Shown here in pieces: positions 51,637 through 59,622 of a DNA stretch of 59,622 nucleotides. The stretch spans positions 1-59,622 of the forward strand of contig JBEBHJ010000014.1 of NCBI GenBank assembly GCA_040081075.1, given 5' to 3'. The stretch is from Fimbriimonadaceae bacterium. GTDB lineage: Bacteria > Armatimonadota > Fimbriimonadia > Fimbriimonadales > Fimbriimonadaceae. Numbering within the stretch: position 1 is the stretch's first letter; each line of letters opens with the position of its first letter. Below the pieces are notes generated by a model. That model did not search any database. It saw nothing but the letters and a program-made list of their open reading frames with translations, and was not told where the DNA came from. The translations under genes were made by a program, and so were the position numbers.

Positions 51637-52305
51637 ATGAGTGGTAGGGCTTTAGCGGCCGAGTTCCTCGGCACATTTGTTTTGTGTTTTCTTGGCATCG
51701 GAGCCGCCTGCGCTGACGGCGCTGGCTTGGTTGGTGTGGCTCTCGCCCACGGTTTAGCGATCGCCACGATGGGAACGGCCGTTGGGCACATTAGCGGAGG
51801 CCACTTTAATCCGGCCGTTAGCTTTGCAATGGCTCTCACCAAGCGGATGAAGTGGGGCGACATGGCGACTTACTGGATGGCCCAACTTCTGGGTGGCGCG
51901 GCGGGGGCCTACTCCGTATTCTTCTTGTATCCAAAGGATAAAGTTGATGCGGTCTCGCTGGGATCAACAATGGTCAATCCCGCCATCGATCCGACTAAAG
52001 CAATCGTATTCGAAGCCATCGGCACGGCGATTCTGGTTTGGGCAATCTTTGGCACGGCAGTGCGAAAGGGGAGCCCCAATATGGGAGCTTGGTTTATCGG
52101 CCTTACGATTTCGGCGGTGATCTTCGCGGTTGGGCCGCTTACCGGAGCCGCTCTCAATCCCGCGCGCTGGTTTGGTCCGGTTGCGGTAACCCACGACTTC
52201 AAGGATGCAATCGTTTACATCATCGGTCCATGCCTTGGAGCGGCGATTGCGGCATTGAGCTACCAGAAGTTCCTATGTCCCGAGATGGACTCGGAAACGG
52301 CGTAG
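51637..52305 (+). CDS. aqpZ: MIP-family aquaporin
   Basis: Two NPA boxes ('SGGHFNPAVSF', 'GAALNPARWFGP') and six TM helices. Confidence 0.85.
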   Translation: MSGRALAAEFLGTFVLCFLGIGAACADGAGLVGVALAHGLAIATMGTAVGHISGGHFNPAVSFAMALTKRMKWGDMATYWMAQLLGGAAGAYSVFFLYPKDKVDAVSLGSTMVNPAIDPTKAIVFEAIGTAILVWAIFGTAVRKGSPNMGAWFIGLTISAVIFAVGPLTGAALNPARWFGPVAVTHDFKDAIVYIIGPCLGAAIAALSYQKFLCPEMDSETA

Positions 52306-52394
52306 GTGCGCAGGTTTGTAGCTTGGTGCGTCTCGCCCCTTATGGGCTCCCGACTCGGTGCCCCCGTCTTCCGCACGTTCGGCTAAAATAGCCC

Positions 52395-52966
52395 ATGAGT
52401 AGAAAGAAGGTTGTCGGTTTACTTGGCGCAATCGCGATCTGCCTTGGACTTGGTTGCTGGTGGGCGATGAGCCGCAGCCTGCGCTTCCGACCTTTTTGAA
52501 GAAGTTTGAATCTCAAACTGTTCTGAAAGAGCAACGTCGATACCGCAATACGTGGGTAAGCCTCGCCTATCGAGTGGACGTTCCCGCCGAGAAAGTAACA
52601 CTTTCGCTAGCGGACGAGGTGGGGGACAAGAATGTTTACATCGGGCCTGGATTCGCAGAGTGCTCAATGGCTTCATACGAGGCACGCTTAACCGCGGTGA
52701 TTCACCAAGGTCGCCGTCAAACCATCGTTCACTTTTCGCAAAACACGAAGGCGGTTCCATTCCCAACGTCTCTAGTGGTGAAACTGCTGCCGAGTTTCAA
52801 TATCAACTCATCTGGGAGATCATTGGACATCATGGGAGACGATGAGTTTGATAAGAGCCTAACCTTGCAGTCCATTCGCAAGATACGACCAAACGTTCGC
52901 GATCTTCCACCCAACATCTATTACATCCCCAAAGCAAAACTGGCCAAAACATCACCAAAGCCTTGA
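52395..52966 (+). CDS. hypothetical secreted protein; the signal-peptide ORF (52395..52499) and body ORF (52454..52966) are separated by a frameshift in a T5 run
   Basis: 'MSRKKVVGLLGAIAICLGLGCWW' is a lipoprotein-like signal. Adding one T at 52493-52497 joins it to '...LKKFESQTVLKEQRR...'. Confidence 0.35.
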
Positions 52967-52974
52967 GGTTTCGC

Positions 52975-53523
52975 CTAGAGCTGGAAACCCGGCGCGATGG
53001 GCGGCGCATCGTCATCATCGACATACGACGCAAGCTCATCAATGTACGGGAAGAGTTCGGCCGCATAGTGTTGCTCTTGGTTACGTAGTGTAGCCGCCAA
53101 TGTTTCCGTCGTCGGGTCGGTGAGCATATTGGCGTAGGTTGCGATGGCTTGGTAAAGTCCGGCTTTGAGATGCGCTGACCCGTAATATCGCACGTAGAGT
53201 AGCGTGTTTCGACTCTCTGCACCCTGAGTCACATTCATCCAGTCGGCCGCTTTACCAAAGACAACGTTCACAAAGCTCTTCGCTTGGTTTTGTTTGGCTC
53301 CCAGTTCTTCCAATCGAATCGCCAAAGCTCGCACTTGGTTTTCACAGGAGCTCTTGTATTCCGCGACGACTGAACTCGCCTCAAACGAAGCAAATCCGGG
53401 GTTGAAAGCATCGAGCGCTTCCAGTGCACCCACTTCGGTGGAGTGTGCTTCCTGCAATAACCGAATCAAACCTGCAACGTCATGAGCCATTTCAAACCAG
53501 GTTACCCACTCGGTAGAATGCAT
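52975..53523 (-). CDS. ferritin-like (DUF892/YciF-like) domain protein
   Basis: 182 aa helical protein with spaced E/H residues. Low-certainty family call. Confidence 0.35.
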   Translation of the reverse strand: MHSTEWVTWFEMAHDVAGLIRLLQEAHSTEVGALEALDAFNPGFASFEASSVVAEYKSSCENQVRALAIRLEELGAKQNQAKSFVNVVFGKAADWMNVTQGAESRNTLLYVRYYGSAHLKAGLYQAIATYANMLTDPTTETLAATLRNQEQHYAAELFPYIDELASYVDDDDAPPIAPGFQL

Positions 53524-53525
53524 TC

Positions 53526-54050
53526 ATGCTAGTCCCGGCATTGGTCCTATCACTGCTGACACAGTCACCCGACCGGCTCTACGTTTCGGTTGGCACGGGC
53601 ACTCCGAGCGAAGTATCCCGAACAATCGTTGAGAACGTAAGCAATCCAAGTTCAAACACGCTTGTGCGTAAGGATGTCAACGACAAGCTAACCGTTTTCT
53701 ATGATCCCAACGATGAGAGCCTGGTCAGTTTTCGTAAGTCCGCACAGTTCTTCGAAGAGTGTTCCATGAGCCTGCAGAAGAACATCATCAGCAGCATTGA
53801 CTTGTCCAAGGGATCGCAAGAGCAGATGGCAGCAATCTTGAGTAATTTTGGCGATGTCGACTTTACCGCTCCAACCTATGTCAACCTGATCCCATCGGTG
53901 TCTCTAGATTTTGGTCAGCTTGGTGGTGAAATTCAAATCAGGCCCGAATCCGATCCCCCAGATCTCATACCCGCGCGCATCATATCATCTCGACCTTCCG
54001 TCCGCGCTATAACCCGCTCATCTGGACCCCAACTCCTCGGTTCGTCATAA
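53526..54050 (+). CDS. hypothetical protein with N-terminal hydrophobic leader
   Basis: ORF only. Confidence 0.35.
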   Translation: MLVPALVLSLLTQSPDRLYVSVGTGTPSEVSRTIVENVSNPSSNTLVRKDVNDKLTVFYDPNDESLVSFRKSAQFFEECSMSLQKNIISSIDLSKGSQEQMAAILSNFGDVDFTAPTYVNLIPSVSLDFGQLGGEIQIRPESDPPDLIPARIISSRPSVRAITRSSGPQLLGSS

Positions 54051-54090
54051 GGAGTCGCAACACTTTAAGTGCGAAAGAAATGGGATTCGC

Positions 54091-54471
54091 ATGGGGAGGG
54101 CCTTAGAGGTTTTTGAACGGATTCTCTTAGAAGAGCGGAACCGGTCGAATAGTGCCATGGCAAGATTTACCACACTCTCTTTCGAGCAGTCGGGCCTCGG
54201 GAGCCTTCATCGTGCGACGAGCGAGACCCTCAAGATTTCTGATCTGGATGCTTCCACCCGAGAGAAGTTGATCGCCAAAGTTCGGCAGCAGCATAAGGCA
54301 CTAGGATACGAGACGGGTGATGCATGCCAGGTGGCATTCTTGAAAGGAAAGACTTTTAGTTTGACGCCATCACTAGGCTTCCGACTCTGGCTAGAATCAG
54401 CCGATGGGCAACGAGGTTATGCGACCATGGTGTACAAAATGCCATGCGTTAAGTCGGCCAAGCGCCTGTAG
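54091..54471 (+). CDS. hypothetical protein
   Basis: ORF only. Confidence 0.3.
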   Translation: MGRALEVFERILLEERNRSNSAMARFTTLSFEQSGLGSLHRATSETLKISDLDASTREKLIAKVRQQHKALGYETGDACQVAFLKGKTFSLTPSLGFRLWLESADGQRGYATMVYKMPCVKSAKRL

Positions 54472-54501
54472 ACTCAAAACTCCGACCATAATAGAGAATC
54501 C

Positions 54502-55119
54502 TTGCTGTACGTTCTTCTGCTTGTATTCGGATTCATCGGCCTCTTTATCATGGCGGCGATGGGTTCGTTGCGCACGGGTCGGGGTCATCCCGGAGCGCGC
54601 GGGCACTCGGCAAAGGGACACGGTAAAGGCGTCCATCGCGGAAAAGTGCACGTGCAGGGGAAGTCGAATTTTGGATTGGCAAGCCTACTTCAAGCGTTCT
54701 CTCCTATAGATTTCTTCGCTACGGCTATGGGTGCGGGAGCGCTCGGCATTGTTGGGCGGAAGGTCTTCAAAAACGAGCAGATAGCATTGGGAATGGCAGT
54801 GGCAGGCGGAATCATCATGGATTTTCTCATCGTCAAGCCACTGCTTAACCTGATGATGAAATACGCCAGCGACCCGTCGGAAGGCTTGGAGGGGGCTGTA
54901 AGTCAACTAGCCGAGGCTGCGACCAGTTTTGATGGGCAGGGACGCGGGTTGATCAAACTAACGATCGACGGCCAAACCTCACAAATCCTCGCAACATTAG
55001 AACCGGGAGAGGTCGGGGCCGGGATTCGAGTGTCAAAGGGAGATCGCCTGGTTATCCTGGACGTGGACTCAGCCCGAAACATTTGCCGGGTTTCACGTGA
55101 AATAGCCATAGATGAGTAA
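54502..55119 (+). CDS. NfeD-like membrane protein with C-terminal OB-fold
   Basis: N-terminal TM helices, Gly/His-rich linker, C-terminal beta-rich 'GRGLIKLTIDGQTSQI...GDRLVILDVD'. It sits directly upstream of a flotillin gene. Confidence 0.55.
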   Translation: MLYVLLLVFGFIGLFIMAAMGSLRTGRGHPGARGHSAKGHGKGVHRGKVHVQGKSNFGLASLLQAFSPIDFFATAMGAGALGIVGRKVFKNEQIALGMAVAGGIIMDFLIVKPLLNLMMKYASDPSEGLEGAVSQLAEAATSFDGQGRGLIKLTIDGQTSQILATLEPGEVGAGIRVSKGDRLVILDVDSARNICRVSREIAIDE

Positions 55120-55124
55120 GGCGG

Positions 55125-56474
55125 TTGTACAATAGGCTTATTGAGGCCTATATGGATTTTACTTTAGCTATCTTACTAGGCGGTTTGGTTTTGTTAGGAG
55201 TTCTCCTAATTCCCGTAATCGTCGCTCGATTTTTGACCACGGTTGACGCTGGAACCATTCGGTTGGTTACGGGCCGAGGAAAGACGACGGTGTACAAAGG
55301 CCCTGGCAAAGCCATTGAGATCCCCATCTTTACAACCGGAACAACTATCCCAGCTAAAGCCATCAATATTGACCTTGAAGTTGCGGATCAGACGGCCGAC
55401 GTTGATCGCAACGGTCAACCTCGTCCGATCAAAGTGCGCGTGTTGGCAAGCGCCATTGTAAGCGTTGGCGATAGCAACGAGATGATCCAAACGGCGGCAA
55501 ACCGCTTTTTCTCGAAGCCCGTTCCCGAGCAAACCAGTACTCTCACCGACCTGCTCACCTCTACTGGTCGACGCGCCATAAACTTGCTTCACCACGATGA
55601 GCTTTTTAACTCGCGAGTTGGTAGCTATGATGAGGGAGCAACCGCAATTCCGGTGAAGCCGGGGATCCCGGCCGAGGAAGACGACCGGCTCGCCATTATC
55701 ATCAAGAGCTCGTGCTCTCGCGAACTTCAAGATTTGGGTCTTGTCTTCAACTCCCTGAACATTAAGGAAGTACAAAGCGAAGTCGCTGAGGCTCGTCGTC
55801 GACAAAGTGCAGTTGAAGCAAAAGCCAACGCCGATATCGTCACGGCGGATCAAGAGCGCCGCGCCAAAGAAGCCCAACTCGGAGCGGAGCAAGCGGTCAA
55901 CGACAAGATGCGCGACCTTGACCGTCGCCGAGCCGATAACGCTGCCCAAATTGCGGAAGCCGAAACCGCGAAACAAGTGATGCTCGGCGGATTGCGCGAG
56001 GCCGAGCTAAGGGCGACCCAGATTGCCAAAGCCACCGCTGATTCCGAGCAACTGAAAATCCAAACCGTTGCCGCGGCCGAGGCCGAAGCGATGCGAATCC
56101 GGATGCTCGCCGCTGCCCAAGCCGATGCGATCCGCCTGGTAAATGATGCCCTCGCCGCAGGTGGGAACGGATATCTTAAGCTCAAGCAACTCGAAATGCT
56201 TCCCGCCATCGCTCCCCGCATTGCCGATGCTCTGGCCGAGGCGAAAATGGTTACGTTTTCATCCGATGGACAAGGCGCGCCCTCTGGAACCGTGGATCAA
56301 ATCTCAAACGTGATTCAGATGGTCTTGGCAACTCAACTCGTGCAAAACACACCGTTGTCCAATGCTTCATCCAAGCCTGATCAACCACTTGAACAACCAG
56401 CACCGACCCCCAAACCACCCGTAAAGGCGGTTGTCCAAGCCAACCCACCACCCATACCAACACCGGAGAGCTAG
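55125..56474 (+). CDS. flotillin-like SPFH/band-7 protein
   Basis: N-terminal TM, SPFH domain, long Ala/Glu-rich coiled coil ('AEARRRQSAVEAKANAD...') and the canonical NfeD pairing. Confidence 0.75.
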   Translation: MYNRLIEAYMDFTLAILLGGLVLLGVLLIPVIVARFLTTVDAGTIRLVTGRGKTTVYKGPGKAIEIPIFTTGTTIPAKAINIDLEVADQTADVDRNGQPRPIKVRVLASAIVSVGDSNEMIQTAANRFFSKPVPEQTSTLTDLLTSTGRRAINLLHHDELFNSRVGSYDEGATAIPVKPGIPAEEDDRLAIIIKSSCSRELQDLGLVFNSLNIKEVQSEVAEARRRQSAVEAKANADIVTADQERRAKEAQLGAEQAVNDKMRDLDRRRADNAAQIAEAETAKQVMLGGLREAELRATQIAKATADSEQLKIQTVAAAEAEAMRIRMLAAAQADAIRLVNDALAAGGNGYLKLKQLEMLPAIAPRIADALAEAKMVTFSSDGQGAPSGTVDQISNVIQMVLATQLVQNTPLSNASSKPDQPLEQPAPTPKPPVKAVVQANPPPIPTPES

Positions 56475-56476
56475 TC

Positions 56477-57526
56477 ATGCTCGAAACCTTGCTCATGGCG
56501 GCCTTGGTTCCACGTTGGGCCGAGCGGCCGCTCCTTAAAGGCAAGCAAATGGACAGTGAGCCAGTCCTGTTTATCCAGCAGGCCGGATCGGCGGTGGCGA
56601 CGGGGAGATTGGTGTTTACGCCAACTAAGCCGCCCATCTTGCGTTCGCCCGATCTCGACGTCACTTATAAGGAAGGCATTGACTATCGCTGGAAACCGGG
56701 GTCAAGCACGATTGAACTGATCGAAGGGTCGCAAATTCCGTTCAAAACTCACGCCGAAATGGTGCCGCCAAAAGGTAGCGCGAACACGCTCATGGGTGTT
56801 CTCTTTTCGGAAGGACGGTATTTTCATGATTTGCAGGTGCTGGCGAGCTATCCCCATAAGGATAGTTGGCCTCTGAAAAGTCCACCAACTCAAGGTGGCT
56901 TGATTCGAACCCTTGCCCGGTTACGAGCCAAGAATCCCCTCAAAATCGTTGCGCTGGGCGATAGCATCACGGAAGGGTACAACGCTTCTGGTTTTGCCAA
57001 GAGCTTAGCTCCACCCCACCAGCCGGCCTATCCTGGATTGGTCGCCGAAATTTTGCAAAAGAGATTTAGCTCAAAAGTGACGTTGGCCAATCTGGGAGTC
57101 GCCGGGACTACCGCCGATTGGGGACTGACTCAGGTTCCGAAACTTGCGGAAGAGAAACCTGACTTAGTGATCTTGGCCTTTGGTATGAACCACAGCCAAG
57201 CCGGACCCGAGTTCGAGGACGTCATGCGAAAACTGTGTGAAGCTGTAAAAACCGCGTGCCCCAACGCCGATCTCATCCTCGTCGCCTCTATGACCGGCAA
57301 CCCCATCGCCTTTCCCACCGAGCGATTCATCGGCTATCGCCATGCCCTGAGCAATCTAGTTTCCTCGAAGATTTCGCTTGCCGATGTCACCACCCCGTGG
57401 CTCGAACTGCTCAAGCACAAAAACTTCTCTGATATCAGCGGTAATAACATCAACCATCCCAACGATTTTGGCCACCGGCTATATGCCGAAGTCATCTGCC
57501 AACTGTTACACTCGAACGCCAGATAA
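56477..57526 (+). CDS. SGNH/GDSL hydrolase family protein with N-terminal extra domain
   Basis: 'IVALGDSITEGY', 'LAFGMNH' and 'NHPNDFGH' (blocks I, III, V). Confidence 0.7.
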   Translation: MLETLLMAALVPRWAERPLLKGKQMDSEPVLFIQQAGSAVATGRLVFTPTKPPILRSPDLDVTYKEGIDYRWKPGSSTIELIEGSQIPFKTHAEMVPPKGSANTLMGVLFSEGRYFHDLQVLASYPHKDSWPLKSPPTQGGLIRTLARLRAKNPLKIVALGDSITEGYNASGFAKSLAPPHQPAYPGLVAEILQKRFSSKVTLANLGVAGTTADWGLTQVPKLAEEKPDLVILAFGMNHSQAGPEFEDVMRKLCEAVKTACPNADLILVASMTGNPIAFPTERFIGYRHALSNLVSSKISLADVTTPWLELLKHKNFSDISGNNINHPNDFGHRLYAEVICQLLHSNAR

Positions 57527-57578
57527 GTGCGCTGAAAATGGAAACAAACTGACCGCCGATGCCGTAAGATGAAAAAGC

Positions 57579-58808
57579 ATGAATTTACGTTGGGGATTTC
57601 TCGGGTTGAGCGCGGCACCGCTTTGGTATGGCCTAAACACTCCGCCCGCTCGGCCCATCGCCACCGATCCCATTGGGGAACTGATCCAACGCCTTGATCA
57701 AGGCGAAGTCACGCTCAACTTTCACCCGAAGCGTGGGTATCTCGACTCGCTTCTAAAGGAGTTGAACATCAACCCCAACTCTCAGGTGCTGGTGTTTTCG
57801 AAAACCAGCTTACAGCTCGACTACATCAATCGAAAAACACCCCGAGCCCTGTATTTTAATGATCGAAACTATGTTGGATGGATACCTGGCGCCCCGCTGA
57901 TTGAAATTATGACGATTCATCCCGAAAAGGGCATTCTCTTCTACACGATTCGGAATCAACAATTGACCAAGCCCCGATTCGACCCCAATCCGGGGCAGTG
58001 CTTTCAGTGCCATGGGCGCCGAAACGAATATCAAACGCCGCTTCTCATTGCTCAATCATCGTTTGTCGCCCCCAGCGGATATCCGCAGATCTTCGCGCGC
58101 ACCGTTAGCGCCACGCCTGATGTGCCGATGGAAGATAGATGGGGCGGTTGGTATGTGAGCGGAACGCACGGAAAGGCCCGACATCGGGGCAACGAAGTCG
58201 CCATTGGCGAGGGCGAGAGTTTCAAGCACGACTTCGAAAAGGGTGCCAATGTCACCGATTTGAACGGCTATTTCGATACGTCGGGTTATATCACCCCGCA
58301 CTCCGATATCGCCGCCCTCTTGGTGGTAGAACAGCAGATGGACATCCAAAACACGCTCACCAGCACGAGTAACCAGGTGCGCCAGATTCAGGCCTTGCAA
58401 AAGAATGGTCAACTGACGGCTGAAGCGCAGAAGGAACTGGCCACTCAATGCGAATACCTGGTCGCCGCCCTACTGGGTGATGGCGAAGCCAAGCTGAGCG
58501 CCGCGGTCAAAGGAACCAGCACCTTCGCTGAAACCTACAGCCAGTCCTCTCCAGCAAGCAAAGACGGCCGCCGCCTCAGCGAACTCGACCTGAAAACCAG
58601 AGTTCACAAATACGGCTGCAGCCCGCTGATCTACTCTAATGAGTTCAAAGCCATGCCCCAAATCGCGCAAACGCAGGTGTTGCGACGGATTGCCGAGGTG
58701 GTAAAGGGCGAAAAGGACTACCGCCACCTGAAACGAGCAGATCGAACGGCTATCCGTGAGATTCTAACCGACACGCTCCCCGAGTTCGCGGCGATTGCCA
58801 AAAATTAG
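57579..58808 (+). CDS. hypothetical secreted protein with a single CxxCH heme-binding motif
   Basis: 'PGQCFQCHGRRNEY'. Family not recognised. Confidence 0.45.
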   Translation: MNLRWGFLGLSAAPLWYGLNTPPARPIATDPIGELIQRLDQGEVTLNFHPKRGYLDSLLKELNINPNSQVLVFSKTSLQLDYINRKTPRALYFNDRNYVGWIPGAPLIEIMTIHPEKGILFYTIRNQQLTKPRFDPNPGQCFQCHGRRNEYQTPLLIAQSSFVAPSGYPQIFARTVSATPDVPMEDRWGGWYVSGTHGKARHRGNEVAIGEGESFKHDFEKGANVTDLNGYFDTSGYITPHSDIAALLVVEQQMDIQNTLTSTSNQVRQIQALQKNGQLTAEAQKELATQCEYLVAALLGDGEAKLSAAVKGTSTFAETYSQSSPASKDGRRLSELDLKTRVHKYGCSPLIYSNEFKAMPQIAQTQVLRRIAEVVKGEKDYRHLKRADRTAIREILTDTLPEFAAIAKN

Positions 58809-58964
58809 CTCCCCTCTCGTTGTTCTGCATGTTCATGCCAGAAAAGGGAGTAGTGAGTTTTGATTTCCCTCCGCCAGCAGGGTGCGCGGGACAAACGATC
58901 TTAAACACCGGGGTATCGCATACGGTCGATCCTAGCATCGGCTGCTTTCGGATAGAATGGGATT

Positions 58965-59336
58965 GTGAAGAACCTGCTTTCTCGCAGGATCATGTCAAAG
59001 TGGGAGTCCGCCGGGTGCCTTTGCGCGCTTTCTAGCGCGTTTTTCCTTATTGTGGGGCTTGCGGGGCTCTATGCTACCAAGCTTAGTTGGTGGGGCGCGG
59101 GAGTTGTCTGCTGTGTTGGCTCGCTCGGAATCATAGCCGCCATCATGATTTGGCGGCGCAATCGTTACGGATTGCTCGCGGCTTCGGTGCTTTCTTTTGT
59201 CTGGTGCGTTTTCGCACTGGTATGGGGGTGGAAAGGGCCGCAAGACTTGATCTCCGGCATCCCTCCATTCCTGTTTTCTCTTGCGGCCTTCTTGTTGTTT
59301 CGGTCTCCCGAAAGACTTGATGATGATCCAGCCTGA
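58965..59336 (+). CDS. small hypothetical membrane protein (3-4 TM helices)
   Basis: Hydrophobic segments 'AGCLCALSSAFFLIVGLAGLY', 'GAGVVCCVGSLGIIAAIMIW' and 'LLAASVLSFVWCVFALVWGW'. Confidence 0.35.
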   Translation: MKNLLSRRIMSKWESAGCLCALSSAFFLIVGLAGLYATKLSWWGAGVVCCVGSLGIIAAIMIWRRNRYGLLAASVLSFVWCVFALVWGWKGPQDLISGIPPFLFSLAAFLLFRSPERLDDDPA

Positions 59337-59466
59337 GTGACAGCGGAACTGTGCATCTTGAAGCTAGGTCACGTTCGAGTCTAAAGTTTTGCAAGGGAAG
59401 TTCTCTGCCAAAGCGCCACACACCCAGGGGGATTGTATGGCGCGAGTGCGCGCAGCTCACAAAAGT

Positions 59467-59571
59467 CTTGTTGGGGTTGAAAAACGCTTTGTTGAGGCGC
59501 AAGAACGCCTTGTTGGGGTTGAAGAAAGCGATTTTGGGGCGCAAGAAGTCTCTGTTGAGGCGCAAAAACGC
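59467..59571. repeat. degenerate 21-nt tandem repeat, 5 copies (42-nt super-period), at the window 3' edge
   Basis: Units are cttgttggggttgaaaaacgc / tttgttgaggcgcaagaacgc / cttgttggggttgaagaaagc / gattttggggcgcaagaagtc / tctgttgaggcgcaaaaacgc. Confidence 0.8.
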
Positions 59572-59622
59572 CAGCTCAGATCGGCATTTTAGGTTCCAAA
59601 TAGGCATAATATGGGCCCGCAA

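Noticed and set aside
55206-55976. 256-aa minus-strand ORF inside the flotillin gene
   Set aside because: Antisense to the SPFH domain and coiled coil. Spurious.
59467-59571. Possible CRISPR array
   Set aside because: Repeats are contiguous with no spacers and degenerate. Not CRISPR-like.

Overview
This 59.6 kb window is mostly chromosomal housekeeping, with a non-enterobacterial character (about 55% GC, leaderless-looking starts, ATGA/TAATG coupled genes). Annotated genes, in order: a 5'-truncated alpha-2-macroglobulin (thioester CVEQ), a VanW protein and a beta-barrel OMP. A Pho-type operon follows: a phosphate-porin-like gene, then pstS, pstC, pstA and pstB. Next are a lone CoA-transferase A subunit, a minus-strand pilB, HDOD, pilT operon, sufCD, accD-accA and a TfoX-N protein. 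A large respiratory supercluster comes after: a ctaA-ctaB fusion, the Alternative Complex III genes actABCDEF, SCO1, and a caa3-type oxidase (coxBACD). Then come guaB, a rhamnulokinase-like FGGY kinase, a PDH-type E1 alpha, a tandem-FHA protein, a large BNR-repeat protein, two hypotheticals, a CBM9-like protein, smpB, a lipoprotein FKBP, sucD, an aquaporin, NfeD plus flotillin, an SGNH hydrolase and a CxxCH protein. The most unusual feature is a duplicated two-gene module at about 19.5-21.7 kb and 39.4-41.4 kb. Each copy encodes a secreted Cys-containing protein, with conserved TH-G and LLxCxCG blocks that suggest a caspase-fold-like His/Cys dyad, followed by a translationally coupled PepSY-like partner. 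Both copies sit behind homologous promoter regions: a TTTTGCAAAA palindrome, a (CTTT)n tetranucleotide tract, a TATAAT box, and a start codon 6-7 nt further on. The tract has 7 full CTTT units (8 TTTC units) at copy 1 and only 3 at copy 2, the signature of slipped-strand, phase-variable expression. Copy 2 additionally has its signal peptide in a different frame from the mature domain. Four apparent frameshifts occur in the window (porin, pstC, cassette-2 signal peptide, and a T5 run at 52.49 kb), so assembly indel error must be weighed against real pseudogenes or phase variation. A 21-nt degenerate tandem repeat (5 copies) lies at the 3' edge. No rRNA, CRISPR or obvious mobile element was seen. 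tRNAs were not reliably detectable by eye.
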